Positions 8,573 to 17,762 of a stretch of DNA of 64,000 nt are shown in pieces (the first letter of the stretch is position 1; the number at the start of each line of letters is the position of its first letter). A model generated the notes under the pieces. That model was not told the origin of the DNA. It made no database searches and was given only the letters and a program-made list of their open reading frames with translations. The translations under genes and the position numbers were made by a program. The stretch covers positions 4,932 to 68,931 of the forward strand of contig JACMPC010000087.1 of assembly GCA_014377705.1 (NCBI GenBank). The letters run 5' to 3'. Origin of the DNA: Dermatophilaceae bacterium (GTDB lineage: Bacteria > Actinomycetota > Actinomycetes > Actinomycetales > Dermatophilaceae).

Positions 8573-9576
8573 GCAGCGAAACGGTGGCCAGCCCGCGCCC
8601 GCAGGGCGTGCAGGCAGCTAAAACTGAGCACGACGGTGCGGGACGGCATATCGCACCTCCTTCCCAGTGGGTGGACCTTGGGATGCCGGTCCACTACGTC
8701 GACCACGGCGGGCCCGCCGACGGCCCGCTGCTCGTGATGGTGCACGGACTGGGTGGGTCTGTGGTCAACTGGGCCGCGCTGGCACCGTTGCTGACCCGCA
8801 CCTGCCGGGTCCTCGCCCTGGACCTGATCGGTTTCGGGCACACCCAGGCAGGCACGCACTCGACCACGGTCACCGCCAACCAGGTGATGCTGAACGAGTT
8901 CCTCGCCACGGTGGCGGGAGGTCCGGCGATCCTGGTCGGCAACTCGATGGGCGGGGTCATCTCGATCCTTCAGGCCAGGCATCACCCGGAGTCCGTCACG
9001 GCGTTGGTCCTGGTTGATCCCGCGCTGCCAGTCACAGCGGGGTCGCCGCCGGATGCGCTGGTGTCCGCGAGCTTCGGGATGTATGCCGTTCCGCACCTCG
9101 GGCACGCCGTTCTCAGTGCCCGACGGCGGGCGCGAACACCCGAGCAGCTCGCGATGGACGTCCTGCGTCTGTGCTGCGTGGATCCGGGACGGGTGCCGGC
9201 CGATGTCCTCGAGCAGCATCTGGAGATGGCGCGGGCGCGTCGTGAGTACCCTGACCTCGACAAGAGCTTCCTGGTCGCAGCCCGTTCGCTGATGAGGATG
9301 CTCGCCAGGCGGAAGGCGTTTATGGCGACCATCAAGGCGATTCGGGTGCCGGTGCTGCTCCTGCATGGCGAGAAGGACAGACTTGTCTCCGTCGGGGCAT
9401 CCCGGACAGTTGCCGCAGCCAACCCGACCTGGCGCTTCGAGGTGGCCCCGGATGTTGGCCACGTGCCACAGCTCGAGGTGCCGGACTGGACGGCTGGACG
9501 CATCCTTGACTGGTTGGCAACTGATGCCGGCGAAGCGGTGTCATCGACCAACAGACGGCACCAACAACAAGATTGA
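8569..9576 (+). CDS. Alpha/beta-fold hydrolase
   Basis: Contains HGLGGS, the nucleophile elbow GNSMGG, and a C-terminal PDVGHVPQLE His motif. The start overlaps the upstream stop as ATGA. Confidence 0.8.
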   Translation: MSSETVASPRPQGVQAAKTEHDGAGRHIAPPSQWVDLGMPVHYVDHGGPADGPLLVMVHGLGGSVVNWAALAPLLTRTCRVLALDLIGFGHTQAGTHSTTVTANQVMLNEFLATVAGGPAILVGNSMGGVISILQARHHPESVTALVLVDPALPVTAGSPPDALVSASFGMYAVPHLGHAVLSARRRARTPEQLAMDVLRLCCVDPGRVPADVLEQHLEMARARREYPDLDKSFLVAARSLMRMLARRKAFMATIKAIRVPVLLLHGEKDRLVSVGASRTVAAANPTWRFEVAPDVGHVPQLEVPDWTAGRILDWLATDAGEAVSSTNRRHQQQD

Positions 9577-9587
9577 GGGAGTCACCC

Positions 9588-11048
9588 GTGGAACAGCTCA
9601 GCGGTCTCGATGGTTGGTTTTTGGCGATGGAGACCGACTCGGTGTTCGGGCACGTCGGCAGCGTGTGCGTTGTCGACGCCAAGGTGACTTCGGGCGTCGA
9701 GTCCCTGCTGACGCTTGAAGGCTTCACCCGGTTCATCGAGTCCCGTCTGCCGCTGGTCCCGATCTTTCGTCGCCGGCTGGTGTCGGTGCCGCTGGGAATC
9801 GACCATCCGTACTGGATCGAGGACCCGGACTTCGACATCGAGTATCACATCCGTGAGATCGCCCTGCCCTCTCCGGGGAACGACCGGCAGCTGTCCGAGC
9901 AGGTGGCCCGGCTGCACGCCCGTCCGCTGGACCGCACCCGCCCGCTGTGGGAGCTGTACCTCATCACCGGGCTCCGGGGCGGCCGCGCGGCGGTTTACAA
10001 CAAGGTCCATCACTGTGCCATCGACGGTGTCTCCGGAGGCGACATCCTCGCGGCGGTGCTCGACACCTCTCCGCAGGGGCGACCGATGCCCGCGGTCGAG
10101 GCCTTCAAGGGCCAGCGGCCGCCCGGTTCCGCATGGATGCTCACCCGGGGCGCGCTCGCGCTGGCTCGTCAGCCGCTGCAGGCGTTCCGGGTCGTCGCCG
10201 ACCTGGCCCGCTCGATCCCCGGGCTTGCCAGTGTCGTCGCCCCCCCGCTCGTCCAGCGCCTCGGTGGCAAGGACAACGAGGATCTGCTGTCCCAATCCGG
10301 ACTGCGAGCCCCGGCCACGCCCTTCAACGCACCCGTGTCCGCACACCGCAGGTGGGCCTTCGCCGACCTGCCGCTGGCCGATGTCAAGAGTCTGCGGGCG
10401 GGGACCGACCTCACCGTCAACGACGTCGTTATGGCGTTGTGTGCCGGAGCGCTGCGGCGCTGGCTGGATCTGCACGAGGCCCTGCCGAGCGCCCCGTTGA
10501 TCGCGGCCGTTCCGGTCTCGGTGCGCAGCCAGGCGGAGGACGGCACGTACGGCAACAAGGTGTCAATGCTGCTTGCCCCGATGCCGACCAACCTGGCGGA
10601 CCCGGGCCAGCGGCTGGCCGCCATGCATGAGGCCATGCGAGCAGTCAAGGACCAGCACGGCGCGATCCCGGCCAGCCTGCTTGCCGACATGACCCAGTTC
10701 GCCATGCCGGCGCTTGCCAACCAGGGCTGGCGGTTGTCTGCCAAGTTCCGGTTGATGGAACGGGTGAACCCGTTCAACCTCTTTGTCTCGAACGTCCCGG
10801 GGCCGAACGTGCCGCTCTACTACGCCGGCGCCGAGCTGGTGGCGTACTACCCGGTGTCGGCCCTGTTCGACGGGCAGGGGCTCAACATCACGGTGATGAG
10901 CTATCGGGGCAACCTGTTCTTCGGGCTGGTTGCCTGCCCCAAGCTGGTGCCAGACCTCGACGTGATGGCCGGATTCCTGCGGTCTGAGCTCGACGTCCTC
11001 ACATCGGCAGCCAAGACGGGGCGAGGGCCTGCGTTGGCGGCCGGATGA
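9588..11048 (+). CDS. Wax ester synthase / diacylglycerol O-acyltransferase (WS/DGAT)
   Basis: Active-site motif HHCAIDGVSG, family-typical N-terminus LSGLDGWFLAMET, and C-terminal NVPGP. GTG 9588 lies 6 nt after GAGGGAG. The track start at TTG 9573 overlaps the upstream stop and is less likely. Confidence 0.85.
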   Translation: MEQLSGLDGWFLAMETDSVFGHVGSVCVVDAKVTSGVESLLTLEGFTRFIESRLPLVPIFRRRLVSVPLGIDHPYWIEDPDFDIEYHIREIALPSPGNDRQLSEQVARLHARPLDRTRPLWELYLITGLRGGRAAVYNKVHHCAIDGVSGGDILAAVLDTSPQGRPMPAVEAFKGQRPPGSAWMLTRGALALARQPLQAFRVVADLARSIPGLASVVAPPLVQRLGGKDNEDLLSQSGLRAPATPFNAPVSAHRRWAFADLPLADVKSLRAGTDLTVNDVVMALCAGALRRWLDLHEALPSAPLIAAVPVSVRSQAEDGTYGNKVSMLLAPMPTNLADPGQRLAAMHEAMRAVKDQHGAIPASLLADMTQFAMPALANQGWRLSAKFRLMERVNPFNLFVSNVPGPNVPLYYAGAELVAYYPVSALFDGQGLNITVMSYRGNLFFGLVACPKLVPDLDVMAGFLRSELDVLTSAAKTGRGPALAAG

Positions 11049-12127
11049 GCGATCCGCGCGAGCGCCCGACCGACACGGTCAGCTGGGGTTTTCAGGTCGC
11101 CGCCGCCTGGGCGCTGCGCTTCCTGATCGTGATGGCGGCCCTGTTCGTCCTGCTCACAATGCTCAACGCGGTCAGCCTGGTCACCATCACGGTCATCGTC
11201 GCCATCATGATCTGTGCGCTCCTGCAGCCGATGGTGGGGTTGCTGATGGGCTATCACGTGCCTCGGGCCGTGGCTGCGATTCTGGTGTTCGTGCTGGGTA
11301 TGACGGCCCTGGTCGGTGCGTCCTGGTTCGTGGTCCAGCAAGTCTCGGCGAACTCCTCCGCGCTGGGCAGCCAGCTGCTGGACGCCGTCGGGACGATCCG
11401 GCACTGGCTGGTCAAGGGCCCGCCCGCGATGTCCGAGAACCAGGTTGACCAGCTGGTCAATGACCTGACGAACACCATCACCGAGAACCGCGCGGGTCTG
11501 GCCCAGGGCGCCTTCGCCACGGCCAACAGCGCTCTGCTGGTCGTCAGCGGGACGGTCTTCTGCATGTTCGCGACCTTGTTCCTGCTGACCGACGACGGCG
11601 GTATCTTTCGCTGGATGGTGCGGCTCTTCCCGGACGAGAGCAGGGCCAAGGTGGCCCACGCCGGCAACGTGGCCTGGCGGACACTGATCGCCTACATGCG
11701 CAGCACCGTGCTGCTGGCGCTGATCAACTCGCTGACCATGGTCGTCATCATGCTCGTCGCGGGTATGCCGTTGGTGGTCCCGCTGGGCGTGCTGCTGTTC
11801 CTTGGTTCGATGATCCCGCTGATCGGCATGCTGGTGGCCGGCGTGGTCGTCGTCCTGGTGGCACTGGTGACCAAGAGCCTGGTGATGGCGGTGGTCATGG
11901 CGGTGGCGCTGGTTCTGACGGTGCAGCTCGAGGGAAATCTGCTTAATCCCCTGATTCTGGGCAAGGCTGTCCGGATCCATCCGCTGGGCATCCTGATGGC
12001 CGTCACCGCGGGCACCATTCTGGGTGGGATCTTCGGCGCGTTCATCGCCGTGCCCCTGGTAGCCATCGTTAACAACGTAGCCAACGACCTCCACACCCTC
12101 CCACCCCCCGACCACCCGCAAACCTAG
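11045..12127 (+). CDS. AI-2E family (PerM/UPF0118) transporter
   Basis: 360-aa polytopic membrane protein with a typical AI-2E C-terminal region (LEGNLLNPLILGKAVRIHPL...FGAFIAVPL). ATGA overlap with the WS/DGAT stop. The last codons and the TAG stop lie in a copy of the dispersed repeat. Confidence 0.8.
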   Translation: MSDPRERPTDTVSWGFQVAAAWALRFLIVMAALFVLLTMLNAVSLVTITVIVAIMICALLQPMVGLLMGYHVPRAVAAILVFVLGMTALVGASWFVVQQVSANSSALGSQLLDAVGTIRHWLVKGPPAMSENQVDQLVNDLTNTITENRAGLAQGAFATANSALLVVSGTVFCMFATLFLLTDDGGIFRWMVRLFPDESRAKVAHAGNVAWRTLIAYMRSTVLLALINSLTMVVIMLVAGMPLVVPLGVLLFLGSMIPLIGMLVAGVVVVLVALVTKSLVMAVVMAVALVLTVQLEGNLLNPLILGKAVRIHPLGILMAVTAGTILGGIFGAFIAVPLVAIVNNVANDLHTLPPPDHPQT

Positions 12128-12269
12128 GGAATCGTGCGCCCACCACCGCGCAAACCCAGGGATCGTGCGCCCATTCTTGCGGGATGTCGGGACGGTCCCG
12201 AGGTGGCAAGGAAACTCGTGCACGATCCCTAGATTTGGCCGGAAACTGGGGGACCGTCCCTAGGTTCGG
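12101..12269. repeat. Dispersed 32-bp repeat family, locus A: 2 reverse then 3 forward copies
   Basis: Reverse copies are caaacctagggaatcgtgcg (from 12119) and caaacccagggatcgtgcgc (12151). Forward copies are gacggtcccgaggtgg (12190, degenerate), gcacgatccctagatttgg (12219) and gaccgtccctaggttcgg (12252). Spacing is about 31-32 bp. Confidence 0.85.
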
Positions 12270-12286
12270 TGCTGTGCGGGGGGAAC

Positions 12287-14980
12287 TCAGCGGGTGTCGC
12301 TGCCTCCGACACCGTTGGCGCGGCCGGCCTCGAGGCGGGCCACAGGCACCCTGAACGGTGAGCAGGACACGTAGTCCAGGCCGACCTCGTGGAAGAAGTG
12401 CACCGAATCCGGGTCGCCACCGTGCTCACCGCAGACGCCAACTTTGAGTCCCGGCCGAACCTTGCGACCTTCCTCGACCGCGATCTTCAGCAGACGCCCG
12501 ACGCCTTCGCGATCCAGGGACTCGAACGGTGAGACGCCGAAGATGCCCTGCTCCAGATAGCGGGAGAAGAACGCCGACTCCACGTCGTCGCGCGAGAAAC
12601 CCCACGTGGTCTGGGTCAGGTCATTGGTGCCGAACGAGAAGAATTCCGCAGCCCCAGCGATCGCGCCTGCGGTCAGGGCCGCGCGCGGCAGCTCGATCAT
12701 GGTCCCGACGAGGTGCTCGATGTCCACTCCCGAGGCGGCGCGAACCTCTCGTGCGACGTCCTTGATCATGTCCGCAATGTGCTCCAGCTCCTGTACTGCG
12801 CCGACCAGTGGCACCATGATCTCGGCGCGTGGGTCACCGCCGGCCTGTACCCGGATCACGGCCGCTTCGAGGACGGCGCGGGCCTGCATGGCGAACAACC
12901 CCGGAATCATCAGGCCAAGACGGACGCCGCGAAGTCCGAGCATCGGGTTCTGCTCATGCAGCCTCCGGACCGCCTTGAGCAGTCGCCTGTCCTCCTCTGG
13001 CGCCTCACCCTGAGCGTTGGCCACCGCCACCCGTACCGACAGCTCCGTGATGTCCGGGAGGAACTCGTGCAGCGGTGGGTCGAGCAGCCGAATGGTGACC
13101 GGCATTGCGTCCATCGCCTCGAAGATGCCCACGAAGTCCTCACGCTGAAGCGGCAGCAGGTCTGCCAGCGCCTGGTCCCGATCCGCATCCGTGTTGGCAA
13201 GGATGAGTGCTTCGACCATCTCGCGCCGGTCGCCAAGGAACATGTGCTCGGTTCGGCACAGGCCGATACCCTCCGCGCCGAACCGTCGTGCGCGCGCCGC
13301 GTCCTCGGGGGTGTCGGCGTTGGCCCGGACACTCATCCGCCGGCCAGCGTCGGCGGTCTTCATCATCCGGTGCACGGCCTTGACGAGATCGTCGGCCTCG
13401 GCCGAGTCGGGATCGATCTTGCCCTCGAAGTAGCGGACCACCGGCGACGAGACCACTGGTACCTCGCCGAGGAACACCTCGCCGGAGGCGCCGTCGATCG
13501 AGATGACCGTGCCCTCTGCGAATACGCGCCCGTCAGGGGTCGTGAAGTGCTTGGCCTCGGTGTCGACGACGAGGCTTCCGGTGCCACAGACACACGTCTT
13601 GCCCATGCCCCGGGCGACAACGGCTGCGTGCGAGGTCTTGCCACCGCGGCTGGTCAGGATGCCCTCCGCCGCGATCATGCCGTTGAGGTCGTCGGGAGTG
13701 GTCTCTCGGCGGACCAGGATCACTTTTTCACCGGAGCGTGACCATTTGACGGCGGTGTCGGAGTCGAAGACGATCTTGCCGACCGCGGCACCCGGCGAGG
13801 CGTTCATGCCCTTGGCAAGGTGCTCAAGCGTTGCGCTCTCCTCGAAACGGGGGAACATCAGCTGTGCCAGCTGGGCCCCGGTGACGCGCTGCAGCGCTTC
13901 CGCCTCGTCGATAAGGCCCTCGTCATTGAGTTGCGTCGCGATCTGGAAAGCAGCCCGTGCGGTCCGTTTGCCGACCCGGGTTTGCAGCATCCAGAGCTTG
14001 CCGCGCTCGATGGTGAACTCGATGTCGCAGAGATCCAGGTAGTGCGTCTCGAGCTGGCTCATGATGGCCATCAGACGGTCGTACGACGTCTTGTCCAGGC
14101 CCTCGAGATCGGCCAGGGGCAGCGTGTTGCGGATCCCCGCTACAACGTCCTCACCCTGTGCGTTCTGCAGGTAGTCGCCGTAGATGCCCTGGGCCCCGGA
14201 TGCCGGATCGCGGGTAAATGCCACGCCGGTGCCCGAGTCCGAGGACACGTTGCCGAATACCATCGAGACGACGCTGACCGCGGTGCCCAGGTCAGAGGGG
14301 ATGCGCTCCTGCCGGCGGTACAGAATGGCGCGATCGGCGTTCCAGGAGTCGAAGACCGCCCGGACAGCAAGATCCATCTGCACCCGTGGCTCCTGCGGGA
14401 ACGCGCTGCCCGTGTGCTCGAGCACAATCGCCTTGTATGTCCGGACCAGGGCGTGCAGGTCGTCCGCGTCCAGATCGAGATCGTTGTGGGTGCCCTTGGC
14501 TTCCTTGGCATCGTGCAGAGCCCGCTCGAACAGTTTGCCGTCGACGCCGAGCACGGTCTTCCCGAACATCTGGACCAGCCGGCGGTAGGAGTCGAACGCC
14601 AGTCGTTCGTTGCTGCTCTGCCTGGCGAAGCCCACGACTGACTTGTCGTTGAGCCCGATGTTCAGGACGGTGTCCATCATTCCCGGCATCGAGAACTTGG
14701 CGCCGGAGCGTACTGAGACCAGCAGCGGGTTGTCGGCCTCACCCAGCGTCCTGCCCATCGTCTTCTCGAGTGTGGCGAGGTGCTCGCTCACCTCGGCCTC
14801 CATCTCGGCTGGCTGGAAACCGGTGGCGAGATAGACGTTGCAGGCCTCTGTCGTGATGATGAACCCGGGAGGCACCGGGAGTCCCATTCGCGTCATTTCC
14901 GCTAGGTTCGCCCCCTTGCCCCCGAGCAGGTCCTTCAGGTCCTTGTGGCCTTCGGCAAAGTCGTACACAAGCTTTGGCAC
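12287..14980 (-). CDS. ppdK: Pyruvate, phosphate dikinase
   Basis: Unmistakable PPDK sequence (VPKLVYDFAEGHKDLKDLLGGKGANLAEM, GGKTSHAAVVARGMGKTCV, GLCRTEHMF, C-terminal YVSCSPFRVP). The start is set at GTG 14980 with GGAGGA 7 nt upstream, giving 897 aa. The 130 extra N-terminal codons in the track ORF are non-homologous. Confidence 0.95.
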   Translation of the reverse strand: MPKLVYDFAEGHKDLKDLLGGKGANLAEMTRMGLPVPPGFIITTEACNVYLATGFQPAEMEAEVSEHLATLEKTMGRTLGEADNPLLVSVRSGAKFSMPGMMDTVLNIGLNDKSVVGFARQSSNERLAFDSYRRLVQMFGKTVLGVDGKLFERALHDAKEAKGTHNDLDLDADDLHALVRTYKAIVLEHTGSAFPQEPRVQMDLAVRAVFDSWNADRAILYRRQERIPSDLGTAVSVVSMVFGNVSSDSGTGVAFTRDPASGAQGIYGDYLQNAQGEDVVAGIRNTLPLADLEGLDKTSYDRLMAIMSQLETHYLDLCDIEFTIERGKLWMLQTRVGKRTARAAFQIATQLNDEGLIDEAEALQRVTGAQLAQLMFPRFEESATLEHLAKGMNASPGAAVGKIVFDSDTAVKWSRSGEKVILVRRETTPDDLNGMIAAEGILTSRGGKTSHAAVVARGMGKTCVCGTGSLVVDTEAKHFTTPDGRVFAEGTVISIDGASGEVFLGEVPVVSSPVVRYFEGKIDPDSAEADDLVKAVHRMMKTADAGRRMSVRANADTPEDAARARRFGAEGIGLCRTEHMFLGDRREMVEALILANTDADRDQALADLLPLQREDFVGIFEAMDAMPVTIRLLDPPLHEFLPDITELSVRVAVANAQGEAPEEDRRLLKAVRRLHEQNPMLGLRGVRLGLMIPGLFAMQARAVLEAAVIRVQAGGDPRAEIMVPLVGAVQELEHIADMIKDVAREVRAASGVDIEHLVGTMIELPRAALTAGAIAGAAEFFSFGTNDLTQTTWGFSRDDVESAFFSRYLEQGIFGVSPFESLDREGVGRLLKIAVEEGRKVRPGLKVGVCGEHGGDPDSVHFFHEVGLDYVSCSPFRVPVARLEAGRANGVGGSDTR

Positions 14981-15080
14981 AGCGAGTCCTCCAGGGCGAA
15001 GATGCGAGTGATGCCTGCAGATTAGACCAGCACCGGGTGGGTCAGACACTCGCATGTTCCCGAGGTCGTACCTGCCCATG

Positions 15081-15225
15081 CCCCCCAGGTTTGCAGGGTG
15101 AGCGGCCCCGCGCTCTCCAAGCCAGGAGGCAGACCAGTCGTACGCTCTCCGAGTTGGCATGGTGGGAGGCAGCAGGGTCCCTAGGTTTGGTGAGTTTTCG
15201 CTGGCAGGGTCCCTAGGTTTGGTGG
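15081..15225. repeat. Dispersed repeat family, locus B (ppdK 5' leader / apeB 3' flank)
   Basis: Two copies of gcagggtccctaggtttggtg lie at 15172 and 15204, exactly 32 bp apart. A degenerate copy ccccccaggtttgcaggg lies at 15081. Confidence 0.8.
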
Positions 15226-15242
15226 GTTTTCCCGCACGCTTT

Positions 15243-16586
15243 TTAGCTTTGCGGGGTGAGGAAGGCGGCGAGGGCGGCGGCATACATTGCGGGGTCCTTG
15301 GCGCCACAGAGCTCGCGGGCCGAGTGCATCGACAGCATCGGTGCTCCGAAGTCGACCGTGGTGGCGCCAAGCAGGGCCGCGGTCATCGGACCGACGGTCG
15401 AGCCACAGGGCAGGTCGTTGCGGGAGACGAAATGCTGCACCGGCACGCCGGCTTGTGCGCAGGCCATGAGGAAGGCCGCTGCGCCAACCGAGTCGGTCGC
15501 GTAGCGAAGCTTGACGTTGGTCTTGAGCACGGGACCACCGTTGAGGGCGATCTGATGCTGAGGTTCGTGCTTCTCGGGGTAGTTCGGGTGGGTGGCGTGC
15601 GCCATGTCCCCGGACGCCACCACGGTCGCGGCAATGGCCCGGTGGAAGTCCTCCCGTCCGCCGCCGGCCGAGAGCACGATGCGCTCGAGCACGGAGGGGA
15701 GCAGCGTTGACATGGCGCCGCGTTCGGACTGGCTGCCCACCTCCTCGTGGTCGAACAGGACGAGCACCGGGATCGACCGATCTGGCGGGAACGACGGGGA
15801 GGCCTGTGCTGGCGACTGGTCATCACCGCTCACTGCGCCAACGGCGTCGATCAGCGCCCGCACTCCGGCGAAGGTCGTGGCCAGGTTGTCCAGACGGGGC
15901 GCGGCGATCAGGTCGAGGTCCCGGCCGATCCGTCGGGAGGGCTGCAGGTCGTGCGTCATCACGTCCCAGGACAGGACATCCGAGGCGTCCGCACCCACGG
16001 CATCGGCAAGGTATTCGCGAAAGTCGCCGGGCTCGGGGCTCACTGCCCAGATGGGCGTCAGGTGCTGCTGCGGACTGAGCGTCAGACCCTCGTTGGCTCC
16101 CCGGTCGAGGTGGACCGCGAGCTGGGCCACCCGCAGAACCGGCTCGTTGATCTTCATCAGCCGGGTCTCGACGCCGTCGCGGCCCCTAACTGCAACGCGG
16201 CCCGACAGCCCGAGGTCGCGGTCGAGCCAGGAGTTGAAGAGCAGGCCGCCGTAGAGCTCGACGCCGAGCAGCTGGCAGCCGGCCCGGGACAGGTCTGGCT
16301 GGGGTTTGATCCGCAGGTTCGGGCTGTCCGTGTGGGCGCCGACGACGCGGAAGGGCGTGGTCGGGACGCCTGCCGCCTCGGTGCTCCACGCGATCAGCGC
16401 CCCGCCACGGATCAGGTAGTGGCGGCCGTGCTCTGTCGGGAACGCCTCGGTCTCCGCCAGGAAGCTGAACCCGGCGGCTTCAAGCTGCCTGGCCGCCTCG
16501 ACGCAGGCGTGGAAAGGGGAGGGAGAGGCATCGACGAAGGCACACAGGCCTGCCGCCTCGAGGTCGGTGTCGAAAGAGTGAGCCAT
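15243..16586 (-). CDS. apeB: M18 family aspartyl aminopeptidase
   Basis: 447 aa with the family-typical N-terminus (FVDASPSPFHA), GAHTDSPNLRIKP, DHEEVGS, and a C-terminal MLSMHSARE motif. Confidence 0.85.
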   Translation of the reverse strand: MAHSFDTDLEAAGLCAFVDASPSPFHACVEAARQLEAAGFSFLAETEAFPTEHGRHYLIRGGALIAWSTEAAGVPTTPFRVVGAHTDSPNLRIKPQPDLSRAGCQLLGVELYGGLLFNSWLDRDLGLSGRVAVRGRDGVETRLMKINEPVLRVAQLAVHLDRGANEGLTLSPQQHLTPIWAVSPEPGDFREYLADAVGADASDVLSWDVMTHDLQPSRRIGRDLDLIAAPRLDNLATTFAGVRALIDAVGAVSGDDQSPAQASPSFPPDRSIPVLVLFDHEEVGSQSERGAMSTLLPSVLERIVLSAGGGREDFHRAIAATVVASGDMAHATHPNYPEKHEPQHQIALNGGPVLKTNVKLRYATDSVGAAAFLMACAQAGVPVQHFVSRNDLPCGSTVGPMTAALLGATTVDFGAPMLSMHSARELCGAKDPAMYAAALAAFLTPQS

Positions 16587-16672
16587 GACTGTGACCTTAT
16601 CGGCGGCGTCCGTGTCATTGCCGGTGTTCGGTCATCGCCAGCCCACACGGCCGTCCGAGGGCTCGCCTTTCA

Positions 16673-16705
16673 ACCTACGTTCGCGTAACCTACGGTAACG
16701 TAGGT
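16673..16705 (+). promoter_or_regulatory. Candidate operator / leader hairpin upstream of the desaturase gene
   Basis: Inverted repeat ACCTACG-gtaa-CGTAGGT at 16688-16705, plus a direct extra half-site ACCTACG at 16673-16679. It lies 13 nt upstream of the GGAGGA RBS of the desaturase. Confidence 0.3.
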
Positions 16706-16730
16706 AAGTGTCGCCTCAGGAGGAACCAGC

Positions 16731-17666
16731 ATGATCCAGACGATGACCCAGACCGCACTGCTTCGCGAGCTCGACCAGGTGGTGGTCGGCGAGCTCGACC
16801 GGCACGAGAAGGTCGCCAGGGAGTGGTTCCCGCACGAGTACGTCCCGTGGAGTGACGGTCGCAGCTTCGACGGGTTGATGGGCGGCGATGCGTGGAGCGA
16901 GAGCGACGCCGAGATCTCGGATGTGGCCCGCTCGGCGCTGATCGTCAACCTGCTCACCGAGGACAACCTCCCGAGCTACCACCACGAGATCGCCCTGATC
17001 TTCGGCCGGGACGCCGCGTGGGGGGAGTGGGTGCACCGCTGGACGGCCGAGGAGGGCCGGCACGCGATCGCGATGCGCGACTACATGCTGGTCACCCGGA
17101 TGGTGGATCCCGTTGCGCTGGAACGCTTCCGGATGCAGCACATGTCTGCGGGCTACGAGTCGGCGCACTCCGGTGAGCTGATGGGCTCGCTCGCCTACGT
17201 CTCCTTCCAGGAGCTTGCCACCCGGGTCTCGCACCGCAATACCGGCAAGTTCACCAAGGACCCGATGTGCGAACGGCTTCTCAGCCGGATTGCCGCGGAC
17301 GAGAACCTGCACATGATCTTCTACCGCAACCTGATGGACGCGGCCCTGCAGATCTCACCGGACCAGGCCATGGTCGCCATCCTGGATGTCGTGAAGAACT
17401 TCGAGATGCCCGGCGCCGGCATCCCCGGATTCCAGCGCAAGTCCGTCGAGATGGCCGTCGCGGGGATCTACGACCTGCGCCAGCACAAAGACGAGGTGCT
17501 TGACCCGGTGCTGCGCTTCTGGAAGGTCTTCGAGCTCGAGGGGCTGTCCAGAGAGGGTGAGATCGCGCGCACAGAGCTGGCAGGGTTCATGGAGGGACTG
17601 GAGAAGGCGGCGCTGCGGTTCGAGGACAAGCGAGACATGCTCAGAGATCGTATGGCGCTCCGCTGA
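16731..17666 (+). CDS. Acyl-ACP (stearoyl-ACP-type) desaturase, di-iron
   Basis: Di-iron ligand motifs are present (LLTEDNLPSYH, WTAEEGRHAIAMRDY, SFQELATRVSH, ADENLHMIFY). Resembles mycobacterial DesA1/DesA2-type proteins. Confidence 0.85.
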   Translation: MIQTMTQTALLRELDQVVVGELDRHEKVAREWFPHEYVPWSDGRSFDGLMGGDAWSESDAEISDVARSALIVNLLTEDNLPSYHHEIALIFGRDAAWGEWVHRWTAEEGRHAIAMRDYMLVTRMVDPVALERFRMQHMSAGYESAHSGELMGSLAYVSFQELATRVSHRNTGKFTKDPMCERLLSRIAADENLHMIFYRNLMDAALQISPDQAMVAILDVVKNFEMPGAGIPGFQRKSVEMAVAGIYDLRQHKDEVLDPVLRFWKVFELEGLSREGEIARTELAGFMEGLEKAALRFEDKRDMLRDRMALR

Positions 17667-17762
17667 CTTCCAGCGCCCCGCTGCCCCAGGTGATCCGCGG
17701 CGCGCGGCGGCCGTGCGCTGCCACAACTCTGCTGATCCAACTGCAGACATGGACGGTGCAGG

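Noticed and set aside
14981-15370. The 130-codon N-terminal extension of ppdK in the track ORF (12287..15370)
   Set aside because: The extension is Pro/Arg/Ser-rich and non-homologous, and it runs through the dispersed repeats. PPDK homology begins exactly at GTG 14980, which has a GGAGGA RBS.
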